Of a DNA stretch of 64,000 nt, positions 11,334-23,473 are shown piece by piece. The notes beneath the pieces were generated by a model. The model was given only the letters and a program-made list of their open reading frames with translations. It ran no database searches and was not told where the DNA came from. The stretch's first letter is position 1. Each line of letters begins with the position of its first letter. The stretch lies in contig CAVWLP010000002.1 in assembly GCA_963755915.1 (NCBI GenBank), forward strand, positions 2,080,001 through 2,144,000. The letters run 5' to 3'. This DNA comes from an uncultured Phycisphaerales bacterium. Its GTDB lineage: Bacteria; Planctomycetota; Phycisphaerae; Tepidisphaerales; Tepidisphaeraceae. Made by a program: the position numbers and the translations under genes.

Positions 11334-12182
11334 ATGGTTCGGACTTCTCGGGAAACGCCATTTCGGCACACGGTGACTCTCGTGACGGGCCACTTCCGCC
11401 GCGGCGCAGGATACGCCGCGTTTCGATCCCGCGGAACCACCGATTGGCTGCTCATCTACACCATTACCGGCAAGGGGCGATTCGGTTATGGAGATGAGCA
11501 GGTAATCCGCGGAGAAATCTGCACGCAACCTGGTGATATCGTGCTATTGCGCCCGGGGACCTTGCATTCGTACGGCGTAGAAGCATCGCTTCGGCGATGG
11601 GAACTGGTATGGTCGCACTTTCATCCCAAACCGTCCTGGCATGATCTTCTCTGCTGGCCCGCGGCCGTCGTGGGCTGGCCGGGATTGATGCGTTTGCACC
11701 TCACGCGGTTTAGGGGCCTCGTGCATCGGCGATTCATGGAAGTAAATCGTCTCGCCAACGGTGCGCAGCGCCGACGCATCGAGCTTGCTCAGAACGCGCT
11801 TGAGGAAGTCCTGCTGTGGTGCGATGCTTCAAACCCAGGTGCGGGCTCGACCGATCCGCGCATCCAGACGGCAATGGATATGATCTGCGCCGATTTGCAA
11901 AGGCCGCTTACTGTGGGTGCGGCCGCGGAAGTCGCGGGCCTGTCGCTTTCGCGTTTCAGTCATCTGTTCAGCCGGACCGTTGGAATGCCACCGCAGCGAT
12001 GGATTGAACTTCAGCGCCTTAATCGCGCCCGTCAATTGCTCGGTTTGACAAACCTGTCGATCAAAGAAATCGCCGCAGAGGTGGGTTTCGACGATCCGTT
12101 TTACTTTTCGGCGCGATTCCGGCGACGGCTGGGTCGGAGTCCCAGGGCGTTCCGGGCCGCGCGCAATAGTATTTTCGCCTGA
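11334..12182 (+). CDS. AraC family transcriptional regulator
   Basis: AraC ligand domain (DWLLIYTITGKG, WSHFHP) + VGFDDPFYFSARFRRRLGRSPRAFR. Confidence 0.9.
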   Translation: MVRTSRETPFRHTVTLVTGHFRRGAGYAAFRSRGTTDWLLIYTITGKGRFGYGDEQVIRGEICTQPGDIVLLRPGTLHSYGVEASLRRWELVWSHFHPKPSWHDLLCWPAAVVGWPGLMRLHLTRFRGLVHRRFMEVNRLANGAQRRRIELAQNALEEVLLWCDASNPGAGSTDPRIQTAMDMICADLQRPLTVGAAAEVAGLSLSRFSHLFSRTVGMPPQRWIELQRLNRARQLLGLTNLSIKEIAAEVGFDDPFYFSARFRRRLGRSPRAFRAARNSIFA

Positions 12183-12296
12183 TTCGAACTGGATTTATGC
12201 TCCGCACAACCGTGGAAGTACAATTGGGAAGCGCGACGCCCAGAAGTTCCTGAATTTTCAACGGATTCGGCGCTGGAAAAACTGGATCAATATGCC

Positions 12297-14454
12297 ATGA
12301 CCCTCGAGCAGCAAATTCTTTCCGGACTTTCGCATCACCAGGCGGGACGATTATCGGAAGCCGAGAAGATCTATCGGCAGGCGTTGGAGCGGGAACCCAA
12401 TCACGCCGAGGCGTTGCATTTGCTCGGCATGGTCGCGGCGCAATCCGGACAACTGGAGGCGGCGGCAGAGTTAATCCAGCGGGCGATCGCCCAGTGCCCG
12501 GGCAATCCCGTCTATCACGGAAACCTCGGAAAAGTTCTGGAGGGAATGGGCCGGCTGAATGAGGCAATCGCGTCCTACAGGCAGGGCATAGCGTTGCGGT
12601 CCGACCTTGCCGAACTGCATAACAATCTCGGAAATGCGCTGACGATGATCGGTGATTACCAGGCAGCCGCCGCGGCTTGTGGGGAGGCGATCCGGCTAAG
12701 GCCAACCTTCGCTGGGGCGCATTATAACCTCGGAATCGCCCTGAAAAATATGGGACGAATTGACGAAGCCGTTTCGGCTTACCGACAGGCGATTCGGCTT
12801 CAACCTACTTACGCAGAGGCGTACAACAACCTGGGAAATGTGCTCAAGGAGAATGGACAATTGGAAGATGCCATCGCCTCTTACCGGCAGGCTATCCGGT
12901 TGAAACCTGCGCATGCGATCGCCCACAGCAACCTCGGTACGGCGCTGATGGATTTAGGATCGGTTACGGAGGCGGCCGAAGCGTTCCGGCAGGCAATTCG
13001 GATCGAGCCGGATTATTCGGCTGCGCATTTCAACCTCGGTGTTGCGCTCCAATTCGAAAAGCAAACTGGCGACGCGATCAAAGCATACCGCCAAGCCATT
13101 CGGTGCGACAAAGATTTCGCTACCGCCTATAACAATCTCGGTAACATGCTGGTGCGGTGTGGGCGGATCGTCGAGGCGATCGATTCGTATCGGGAGACGA
13201 TACGGATCAATCCCAAATTTATCGAGTCCCACAGCAACCTGATCTTCGCCTGCCATTATCATCCCGACTATGACGCCACAAGGATCGGCGAAGAACTTCG
13301 GTTCTGGAATCAGCGGCATGCCGAGCCGGTGAAGAAATTTATCCGGCCTCACAGCAATGACCGAAATCCCGATCGCCGATTGAGGATTGGGTACGTTTCG
13401 CCGGATTTTCGCGATAATGTGGTAGGACGGCTTTTGCTACCGCTGTTGCGCGAGCATAACCCTGAGGAGGTTGAGCTCTTCTGTTATTCCAATTCCAACA
13501 AAATGGATTCGCTGACTGAGCGACTTCGAAATCATTCCGATCATTGGCACGTTGTCGCCAGGCTTTCCGATGCTGACGCCGCCGATCTGATCCGGCGGGA
13601 TGAGATCGACATACTGGTGGACCTTGCGCTTCACACGTCCGGCAACCGGCTGAGAGTGTTTGCATACAAGCCGGCGCCAGTGCAAGTGAGTTATCTCGCG
13701 TATTGCTCCAGCACGGGTTTGGAGACGATGGATTATCGTTTCACCGATCCATATCTCGATCCACCTGGAATCGATGACAGCTATTACTCCGAACAATCGA
13801 TCTGCTTACCGGAGACATACTGGTGCTACCCCGCGCGCGGAAAGTCCGGAAGTGGCTCCGCCGCCATGCCTACGGGCGGGGGTTATTACGTTTGGTTGTC
13901 TGAACAATTTTGCGAAAGTTTCGCAGCCCGCGCTGGATTTGTTTGCCGAGATTCTGCAGAAAGTGGATCGGTCGCGGCTGATTCTCCACTGTTATCCCGG
14001 CGCGCACCTGGATGGGATTAGAGAGTGGTTCGAGCAGAACTGCATTTCCCGCGATCGGTTAGAGTTTGTGGGGGAAAGGCCGTGGTTTGAATACGCGCGA
14101 ACATACGAACGGATCGATATCGCGCTGGATCCATTTCCCTGGGCCGGCGGAATTACGACCTGTGATGCCCTTTGGATGGGAGTGCCGGTGGTGACCCTTG
14201 CGGGCAGGATGGCGGTGGGACGCGGTGGCGTAAGTATATTGTCCAACATCGGCCTCACCGATTTCATCGCGCCGGATGCGCGGCGATATCTTGAGATCGC
14301 TGTTGATTTAGCCGCGGATTTGCCGCGGCTGGCCGAGCTGCGCGGCTCGATGCGGGCTCGTATGCTCAAATCACCCTTGATGGACGCGCCGCGATTCGCT
14401 CGCAATGTCGAAGCCGCCTACCGGCAGATATGGCGAAACCACTGCGCGGGTTGA
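12297..14454 (+). CDS. TPR-containing GT41 (SPINDLY/OGT-like) glycosyltransferase; frameshift near 13830
   Basis: TPR array, RLRIGYVSPDF, DILVDLALHT, KPAPVQ; second frame TFGCLNNFAK, DIALDPFPWAGGITTCDALWMGVPVV. Confidence 0.9.
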
Positions 14455-14458
14455 CAAA

Positions 14459-16824
14459 ATGAATCTTCAGCAGCAGTTGGCTTCGGGAATCTCGCACCAT
14501 GGCGCGGGCGCCTCGGCGAGGCCGAAAAAATATATCGACAAATCCTCACGCAGCAGCCGGACCACGCGGAGGCGCTGCATATGCTGGGCGTGCTCAAGGG
14601 ACAAACGGGACAATTCAAACATTCGGCGGAGCTGATTCGCCGAGCGATTGCTATTTGCAGCACAAATCCAGCGTATTACAGCAATCTAAGCATAGCGCTG
14701 CAAAGCATGGGACGAATCGAGGAGGCCATTTCATCTTATCGGGAGGCTATCCGGCTGAAGCCGGATTACGCCGAAGCACATAGCAATATTGGCAGCGCAT
14801 TGGCGGCGCTCGGGCGATTCGACGAAGCCATCGCTTCTTTCCATAGCGCAATCAAGTGCGGACCTGATCTTCCCGAGACCCGCAACAATCTCGGAAACGT
14901 GTTGGCCGCCACGGGCAGGATTGACGAAGCGATTGCCTGCTTTCGCCATGCGATCCGGCTCAAACCTCAGTACGGTGACGCACATTTTAATCTGGCCAAC
15001 TCATTGCTTTCCAAAGGTCAACTGGACGAGGCTGCAGTGGCATATCGAAGCGCGATTTCCTGCAATCCCCGTCATGCCGAAGCATACAGCAACCTCGCGA
15101 ATGTGTTGGCCGCCTCAGGCCAATTGGATCAAGCCATTGCGCTTTACAAGGACGCCATACGGCTTAAGCCCGATTTCGCCGATGCTCACTACAATCTCGC
15201 AAACGCACTGAATAACAAGGGGGGACTTGACGCAGCGATCCTGGCTTACCGTGCCGCAATTCGGATACAACCAAATTTGGCCGAAGCCCACGGAAACTTG
15301 GGCAATGTACTGAGAGATTTGAACCATCTCGATGAGGCGATTGATTGTTATCGCCGGGCGATTCAAATCAGGCCGCATTTCCCCGAGGCTTATTACAATC
15401 TGGGTCCGGCGCTACAGGACCGGGAGGAGCTTGACGAGGCAATAACCGCCTATCGAGAAGCGATCCGTCTGAAGCCTGATTACGCCGAGGTGTACAGCAA
15501 TCTGGGACGGGCGCTGCGAGGTATCGGGCAACTTGACGAGGCAATCACGTGTTTCCGCAAGGCCGTCCAAATCGACCTCAATCTCACTGTGGCCTACGAC
15601 AATCTGCTTTTCGCAATACAATTCCATCCCGCGTTCGATGCGGAAAAAATTCTTGAGGAAAACCAGCGGTGGGACCGTCAATACGCCGAACCTTTGGCAA
15701 AGACCATCCAGCCGCACGCGAATAGGCGCGATCCAAACAGGCGGCTGAGGATAGGCTATGTGTCGCCCGATTTTCGAGAGCACTGTCAATCCTTTTTCAC
15801 AATCCCGCTTCTATCGCATCACGATCGCCAAGCGTTTGAGATCGTCTGCTATTCGGATGTGAAGCGGGCCGGCGCACTGACGGAGCGCATCCGCGGATAT
15901 ACCGACCGCTGGCACTCGATCGTCGGAATGACCGATGCGGATGTGGCCGAGAAAATCCGTCAAGACGGCATCGATATTCTCGTGGATTTGACCATGCACA
16001 TGGCCGGCGGTCGGCTGCTAGTCTTCGCGCGAAACCGGCGCCGGTGCAATTGACGTGGTTGGCCTATCCGGGGACTACCGGCTTAACTGCGGTGGATTAT
16101 CGCTTGACCGATCCCTATCTCGATCCACCTGGGCTCACGGATCAATTTTATTCTGAAACTTCAGTGCGCCTTCCCGAAACCTTCTGGTGCTACGATCCGC
16201 TGATCGAGGACCTGACGGTCAGCCCATTGCCCGCGCTTGCGCGGACATATCACTTTCGGATGTTTGAATAACTTCTGCAAAGTCAATGAGCTGGCGCTTG
16301 GGCTTTGGGTGCGGATTCTCAGCAATATCCCCCAGTCACGCATGAAGATTCTGTGCCCCAAAAGAAAACATCGGCAATCATTTTTGGAGATGCTGCCGAA
16401 TCACGGAATTGATCCAAATCGCGTTGAACTCATCGATTTCCAGCCGCGGTTGAACTACATGCGACTCTATCAGGGGATAGATGTGGGGCTGGACACATTC
16501 CCATACAACGGCCACACGACAAGCCTCGATTCATTCTGGATGGGAGTTCCGGTCGTGACGCTGGTCGGACGGACGGTCGTGGGCCGTGCGGGAGTGTCGC
16601 AATTGACTAACCTGGGCATCCCCGAACTGATCGCCCATACACCAGAGCAATATGTTTTGATCGCCACCGACCTTGCCGGCGATCTCCCGCGCCTGGCCGA
16701 GCTTCGTCGAACACTACGCGCGCGGATGGAAGCCTCGCCGCTGATGAATGGGGAGCGTTTTGCACACAACGTCGAGGCGGTTTACCGGAAGATCTGGCGG
16801 ACTTGGTGCGAGCGGAGTGAGTAA
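14459..16824 (+). CDS. Second TPR-GT41 glycosyltransferase; frameshifts near 14510, 16030, 16240
   Basis: MNLQQQL start, TPR array, RLRIGYVSPDF, WLAYPGTTG, LDTFPYNGHTTSLDSFWMGVPVV across consecutive ORFs. Confidence 0.9.
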
Positions 16825-16850
16825 TGCGCGACCCGGCGGTCGCCGGGTTC

Positions 16851-18878
16851 TTATGTTTCGCGAGCTGCAACGATAAAACTCTGCGGATCGCTGCCGGCAA
16901 TATTGGAATGGGGATCCGTTGGGGCCGGATTGCCCCGATTTTCGATGACGACGCCGTCATCGTTTGGATTGATTTTTTCGCTGCGCAGGCGTCGGAAGAA
17001 GATCGCCATGTCGCTGAATCCGCCAATGGTGAACCATACGGTGGTGAAAGCGGCGAAAATCAACGGCAAAATGATCCAGGCGATGAACCAATAATCCACC
17101 CAGGCGCCGCGCGACCAGGGATGGACAAAATAGATTGCCGAACCGATGACGAAGACGGTGAGCATCAGCATTCCCCAGCCGAAGATTCCGAACGTTGCCA
17201 GGCGATCAGTAAAAGTGAAATTCTCGTCGATTCCCATGATACGATATTTCCAGGGGACGGGGCGTCGCTCGAGTTTCTGCGGCGTAAGCGGACCTTCGGA
17301 TTCGACGGCGTACTTGCCACGATGCAGGAGACGATCCATGTCATGGGGCGTTCGGCAGGTGAGATAGGAAATGACGATGTAAGCGATCATCGAAAGGAGA
17401 CAGATATAAAACGCAATCTGCTGTCCATTCAGCGGGAATTCGTGTCCGAGCCAGTCTTGATAGTAGAGCCGAAGGCCCATGCCAATGAGCGTAAGGGTGG
17501 CCCCGAGGATCATGCTGACCCATGCGGCGCTGGCGGTTCCACGGGACCAGTATAATCCGCCGATGATGGCAGCGCCGGCGCCGCGCAGAATATGGCCTGA
17601 GTTACCGTCCACCAGATCGTCACGTATTCGGTCTGGGGAAAAATGCTGCCGAAGATAAAGGCGAAAACCGCCACGCCCACAATCGCGAGCCGTAAAAGCA
17701 TCAAATGGTGTTTCGTGGACAAGTGCCGGCGGCGCAAAGGGAGGATGACGTCCTGAACGAGAATGGAACCCCAGGAGTGCAGATGGATGCCGTCGCCGGC
17801 GATCATGCCCATCAGGCACACGGATGCCAGGGCGCCCCGGATACCGATGGGGGTGATGTGCAGGAGAACGACGGCGATCCGCATCTGGCTTGCCGTGTTG
17901 GGATTGGAAGTGCGGGCCAGCGCGTGGCGAACGACGTCGCTGCCTTGCGGCGTTCGAAGGTACATGAGTCCACAAACCCCGAGCAGGGAAAGCATGATTA
18001 GCGGGGCAAAGTTGCGCCAGCGGCCCAAAACAGAGCCCATTCGGACTTCATGGGGAGAGGAGCCCGAGGAATTGGAGGCGTGGCCATATTGCCACGCCAT
18101 TGTAGAATAAATGTACATGAACCAGCCCATGAACGCGAAGGAAAGATTGAAATCCTTGGTCGAGGACGAATCGAACGGATTGACGAGCGATTGCCCCGGC
18201 GGAGCATCGAGCAGTGCCGCTTTGGCCGCCTGCCAATGAAAGTATGTGAAGAGAAGCCCGACAGAAATAATCACGAACAAGAGCTGGCTGAACATGCCGG
18301 CGGCACAATCGGCGATCAAGGCGGTTATCTGTCCGCCGGCGGTCGTCATTACCACGCAAATTGTAAGGAACAGTCCCATCAGCAATTGATAGGTCGGGAT
18401 CGGCAGACCGAACAGATGGACCTGCTGAGGCAGTTCGCAGAAAAAGACCATGAATCGCGCGCCAATGGCGGGCGTGATTCCGAAATTGATGATGCCCGCC
18501 ACGAATGCTATCGCTCCCGCAAAGAGACGAAAGCGGCGGCTGTACCGAATTTCAAAAAACTGCGCGACGGTAAGCGCGCGTGTTTGGCGATAGCGATAGA
18601 GGACAAATCCGCTAATCGCGACGACGGAATAGACCACCCCCGCGAACTGCGCCCACCAGCTCAGGGTAAATCCCGAAGCGAAGAAAATCTGCAGGGTGGC
18701 AACGAAGACCACGGTGCCGGTACCTTGCTCGGCGCGAGGTCGAGATGAGATACCTGCCGGCGTGGCGGCCGCCGGCCATGAAATCGGCGACGCTGCGCAC
18801 GTATCGTCGCGTGTAGATTGCGATCCAGCCACAGATGAAGATTGGAAGCGTGAAGACCAGCCAGTCGATTAGCGTCAT
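16851..18878 (-). CDS. Sodium:solute symporter (SSS); frameshifts near 18735 and 17580
   Basis: MTLIDWLVF...RSVADFMAGGRHAGRYL; RYRQTRALTVAQFFEIRYSR; many TM helices; GGLYWSRGTASAAW. Confidence 0.88.
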
Positions 18879-18974
18879 ACGCCTGGTCTCCAACGCTCCT
18901 GGGCCCGTTGCCCTCGGAACCGAAAATGCTTCGGTAGCTTGAGTATACCATGCAAAAAAATCCCAAAACGGCCG

Positions 18975-19013
18975 ATGCGCGAAACCTAATGGTAATTGCG
19001 CGAAATCGAATTG
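18975..19013 (+). promoter_or_regulatory. Direct-repeat operator, copy 1 (SSS/esterase divergent region)
   Basis: ATGCGCGAAAC-N10-TTGCGCGAAATCGAATTG; TGCGC cores 21 bp apart. Confidence 0.75.
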
Positions 19014-19091
19014 GCCCATTTGGGGTTCCCACTATTTTGATTGGCTGGTGAAGTACCTCCAGATGATGGCCCCCGCAGAGAATGAGGTGCG

Positions 19092-20657
19092 ATGAAATCT
19101 ATTTGGCTGATGGTCGTGGCGCTGATGATTTTGGGTTTTGGCAGGAGTGTGCGCGCAGACGTGAAATTGCCGGCGATCATCGGCGACAACATGGTCCTGC
19201 AGCGAAGCGTCAGCGTGCCAATCTGGGGTTGGGCCAAATCCGGCGAGCATGTGCGCGTCCAATTCGATCAGCAGGTTGCGCAGGCTGTTGCCGGAGATGA
19301 CGGAGCATGGCATGTGTCGCTTGACTTGTCCAAGGAGCCTCGCGGTCCGCTGGATATGACCGTTGAGGGCGACAATACGCTGACGGTCAAGAACATATTG
19401 GTGGGCGAAGTCTGGATTTGCTCCGGTCAATCAAACATGGAGTTTGGAATTAAGGGCGCATTCAACGCGGCCCACGAAGTCGCCGACGCCAATCATCCCA
19501 ACATCCGCCTATTCAACGTAAAGCCGCATCTCTCGGATTCCATTGTCAATGATGTGACAGGCAAATGGGATGTTTGCACGCCGCGGTCCGTGGTCCTGGG
19601 GCGCTGGACAGGATTTTCGGCCGTTGGCTACTTCTTCGGCCGGGAGCTGAATCAGCACCTTGATGATACGCCCGTTGGAATGATCGACTGCTCCTGGGGC
19701 GGAACGGTTGCAGAGGCATGGATGAGCCGAGACGCTCTGGCGGCCAATCCAGCTCTCGCATCTCTGCTGGGGCGCTATGACACTGATGTGAAGAACTATC
19801 CGACCGCGATGCAGAAATATGAGCGGGACCTGGCGGACTGGCAGAAGGAGGCCGACGCGGACAACGCCGCCGGACGGCAACCGCGAATGCGCCCTGCTAA
19901 GCCTTACGAGCCGACCACGCAGCCGAATTATGGCGCCCGAATCTATGACGGCATGCTCGCCCCCATAATTCCTTATGCCATCGCCGGCGTCGTTTGGTAT
20001 CAGGGCGAGTCCGATACCTTCCACGCCTACCGATACCGAACGATTTTTCCCGCCCTCATTACCGACTGGCGCACGAAGTGGGGGCGCGGAGATTTCCCCT
20101 TCCTTTTCGTGCAGCTCGCCAATTACTACCTTCCCACCTCCGGGCCGGCAGATGACGCGTGCGCCGAGCTTCGCGAGGCACAGGCCATGACGCTTTCCGT
20201 CCCGAATACCGCCATGGCCGTCACGATCGACATCGGCGAAACACTCACCATACATCCCAGGGACAAGCAGGATGTTGGTTACCGCCTGGCTCTGGCGGCT
20301 TTGGCCACTGTTTACGGAAAAAACGTCGAGTACCAGGGGCCAACGTATTCGTCGATGTCGGTTGAAGGAAACAGCATCCGAGTGAAATTTGCCCACGCCC
20401 AGGGCCTGGTATTCAGGGACCACAAGCCCGTCAATTTCGCTATTGCGGGAAAAGATCGCAAATTTGTCTGGGCGGATGCCGTTATCGACAAAGACACGAT
20501 CGTCGTTCATAGCGATCGCATATCGGCGCCGGTCGCCGTGCGCTACGCCTGGGCGCAGAATCCTCCCAACGTATGCGACATGTACAACCAGGCTGGGCTC
20601 CCCATGGTGCCGTTCCGGACTGACGACTGGCCCGGGATCACTGAGGGCAAGGAGTAG
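19092..20657 (+). CDS. Sialate O-acetylesterase family (SASA) secreted esterase
   Basis: Signal peptide; GEVWICSGQSNME, FSAVGYFFG, WYQGES, IHPRDK. Confidence 0.93.
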   Translation: MKSIWLMVVALMILGFGRSVRADVKLPAIIGDNMVLQRSVSVPIWGWAKSGEHVRVQFDQQVAQAVAGDDGAWHVSLDLSKEPRGPLDMTVEGDNTLTVKNILVGEVWICSGQSNMEFGIKGAFNAAHEVADANHPNIRLFNVKPHLSDSIVNDVTGKWDVCTPRSVVLGRWTGFSAVGYFFGRELNQHLDDTPVGMIDCSWGGTVAEAWMSRDALAANPALASLLGRYDTDVKNYPTAMQKYERDLADWQKEADADNAAGRQPRMRPAKPYEPTTQPNYGARIYDGMLAPIIPYAIAGVVWYQGESDTFHAYRYRTIFPALITDWRTKWGRGDFPFLFVQLANYYLPTSGPADDACAELREAQAMTLSVPNTAMAVTIDIGETLTIHPRDKQDVGYRLALAALATVYGKNVEYQGPTYSSMSVEGNSIRVKFAHAQGLVFRDHKPVNFAIAGKDRKFVWADAVIDKDTIVVHSDRISAPVAVRYAWAQNPPNVCDMYNQAGLPMVPFRTDDWPGITEGKE

Positions 20658-20698
20658 GACATCAAGCCGCCCCCGCTTCCGACCGCAAAGGAGTATGA

Positions 20699-21544
20699 AT
20701 GTTCAAGTGTCTGAACCCTTCGTTATTTGGAGTAAACGCAGGGCCGTTCGATACGGCGCGGATGGCTACTCGACATGGTTACGAAGGTATCGACGTGAAT
20801 TTCGCCGCCGCAAGCGAAGTGATCGCCGCCCGTGGGGGAGCGACAGCGCTGCGTGATACGCTGGAGGCGGCCGGGCTGTGGGCAGGGGCGGCGGGCCTGC
20901 TTCCAGGTACCATGAGCGCGACGGATCAGGAGTGGAACGCAGGGGTGAAATCACTCCCGGCGCTGGCCCGCATGGCCTGCGACTCGGGTTTCACTCGTTC
21001 CACAATTGTTGTGCTGCCCTTCGACGAAAAGCTGGACTTCAAGAAGAACTTCCGCTTCCATATCGATCACCTGGGGCAAGTGGCGCCGGTGCTGGCCGAT
21101 TATGGCATCCGCCTCGGGCTGGAATACGTTTCACCCGAAACGCGCCGCGCGGCACATCGGTTTGAATTCGTGCATGATCTCGCCGGGATGCTCGAATTGA
21201 TTGAAGCCGGCGGCCAGACAAATGTTGGCCTGCTGCTCGACAGCTTTCATTGGTACTGCGCCGGGGAGACACCCGCCGACATCGCGGAACTGCAAAATCG
21301 CCAGATTGTGGCTGTTCACGTGAATGACGCACCGCTGGGACGAACGCTTCGTGAGCAGAGTGCATTTGAACGGGAACTGCCCGGCGCCACGGGGCAGATC
21401 GATCTCAGTGGATTTCTTCGCGCCTTGGCCGATCTCGGCTACGACGGCCCTGTCACCTGCGAGCCGATGAATAAGGAACTGAACGCCAAACCTCCCGAGG
21501 AGGCGATTGCCGCGGTTAGTCAGGCATTCGAGAAGGTCTGGTAA
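20699..21544 (+). CDS. Sugar phosphate isomerase/epimerase (xylose isomerase-like TIM barrel)
   Basis: LGLEY, LLLDSFHW, VHVND, GYDGPVTCEP. Confidence 0.88.
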   Translation: MFKCLNPSLFGVNAGPFDTARMATRHGYEGIDVNFAAASEVIAARGGATALRDTLEAAGLWAGAAGLLPGTMSATDQEWNAGVKSLPALARMACDSGFTRSTIVVLPFDEKLDFKKNFRFHIDHLGQVAPVLADYGIRLGLEYVSPETRRAAHRFEFVHDLAGMLELIEAGGQTNVGLLLDSFHWYCAGETPADIAELQNRQIVAVHVNDAPLGRTLREQSAFERELPGATGQIDLSGFLRALADLGYDGPVTCEPMNKELNAKPPEEAIAAVSQAFEKVW

Positions 21545-21599
21545 TGACTTCCTCCGCGCACGATGGCCTTACGTCTCCATGCCGCTGGCAAGACGGGGT

Positions 21600-23139
21600 T
21601 CAACGATAGCCCGGCAGAAATTCCTTTTCAGCTTCAAAAAGCTCGTTTGCCATCGCGCGAATTTCTCTGGGAGACAGAATCGCCGCCGTCAGGGGGTCCA
21701 GCATCATCGCGTGAATCGCCGCCTCCTTGCTCCGCTCGATGCATGCCGTTGCCGCCAAATCGAAATAGTTCATGTTCGTGCGGCAGATGGCCGCCATTTG
21801 CGATGGAAGCGCACCATACCGCGTTGGATGAATTCCATTGCGGTCAATCATGCAGGCCACTTCAACCGCACCGTCTCCTGGTAGGTTCGTGATGAGCTTG
21901 CCGCCCTCTCCGGAACCTCGGCGGCCGGGTTGCTCTGCATTATTCATGACGTTCCCGTGAATCCGCACCGGGGCGTCCTTTTCGATTGCTTCGATGATCC
22001 AGCTCGCATATTCCCAGCTGCGCTTGAGCTCCATGGTGGTTTCCCCGCTAAGGAGCTTCAGCCGATTTGAATCCGCATTCGCGCACCATTTGGGCCAGCA
22101 GGTCACGTAAAAACGGCTGCCCCCGTCATAACCCTGTCGCAGCAATTTTCTACCGGCGTCGTTCTTGCGATAGTAGGGCAGATATTCGCTGAGATGCCCG
22201 CTGCTTTCCGTTATGAACGCTCCAAATTGGATGCACATGTCCTTGCGCACCAGATCCGTGTGTGTCCAGGTCTTGTCCGGAAGTTCATCGCCCGGTGAAT
22301 TTGTCGCCCGTTTCATATGAAGCGGCGCCAGACCCGCGTCCGCCTCTTTGATGCCCAGCTCAATTTCCTCCTTGAATTTCTCGCAAAGAACCGTGGTGTA
22401 GAGATCCTGGCCACGATGGCGCAGCTTCGTGAACCACGAAAGGTGATTAATGCCGGCGCACTCCCATTCCATTTCCTCGTACGGTATGCCCGCATATTTT
22501 GCCAGGAGATGACTGGTCCCCTGAACGCTGTGGCAGAGCCCCACGATGGGAACCTCCGGAACCGCACGCCCCGCGGCAAGTATCAGCATGCTCATGGGGT
22601 TGGTGTAATTGAGCATGATAGCCTGCGGCGCCAGTTCGCGCAGACTTCGAAGTATGTCAAGAAATACCGGGATCGTGCGCATTCCCTTGAGCAATCCTCC
22701 GGGGCCGAGCGTGTCGCCGATGCACTGATCGATGCCGTATTTCAGCGGAATATCATTATCGAAATGCACGCAGGCCAGGCCCGATACCTCAACGCAGCAA
22801 ATGGCATAATCGGTGCCCGGAATCATTTCGCGGTGATCGGTGCCGGCGCGAACGGTCCATCCATTGGAGCGGCCGCTATCGCTGATCAATTCGGTGACGA
22901 CGTCGCGCATGGTGGAGAGTCGCTCCGGGTCGATATCGACAAGCCGAAATTCGCCGCGATCGGCGCCGGGCATCGCCAGCACGTCACGGCAAAGCGTCGG
23001 GCAGAACCCGGAACCTGCGCAAAAAAGTAATATGGATCGGTCTCGTGATCTTGCCCGAAAGGCCTTCCTGCGGCTTTACTTCGAGTGAGCGCATGATCTG
23101 GCCAATTTGCTGCTTAGCGCGTGTGGTTGCTGTTGACAT
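21600..23139 (-). CDS. GH4 NAD-dependent glycosidase (MelA-type alpha-galactosidase-like); frameshift near 23020
   Basis: AGGAG RBS before ATG 23139; GAGS dinucleotide motif broken at the shift; DQCIGDTLGPGG, NYTNPM, GLCHSV, AGINH, TESSGHLSEY. Confidence 0.9.
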
Positions 23140-23381
23140 TTATAACTCCTGATCCGCGATCATCCTTATCATTGTTTAGACGAAACCGATTTTGCCCGTT
23201 GTATTAGAGCTCGCGTTCCAGATTCCATCAGGCCTCATCAATTGTGCGGCCATGATCCGCAAACAGCATTTGATCAGGCCCTGACCCCCCTGACTCCGGA
23301 AATTGCCTAAATACAAGCCCATGCGTAGTAAAACTGGTTGCACGACCGACAGACAAACAATAGCATGCTCGCCCATCGGAC

Positions 23382-23420
23382 CAATTCGATTTTGCGCAAT
23401 TGTTTATGGGTTTCGCGCAA
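23382..23420 (-). promoter_or_regulatory. Direct-repeat operator, copy 2 (GH4/regulator divergent region)
   Basis: Minus strand TTGCGCGAAAC-N10-TTGCGCAAAATCGAATTG. Confidence 0.75.
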
Positions 23421-23473
23421 TGGCGAATCCGGGTCACACGGGCGCCTCAAATTGCTGGCGCGGAGAGTAGCGC

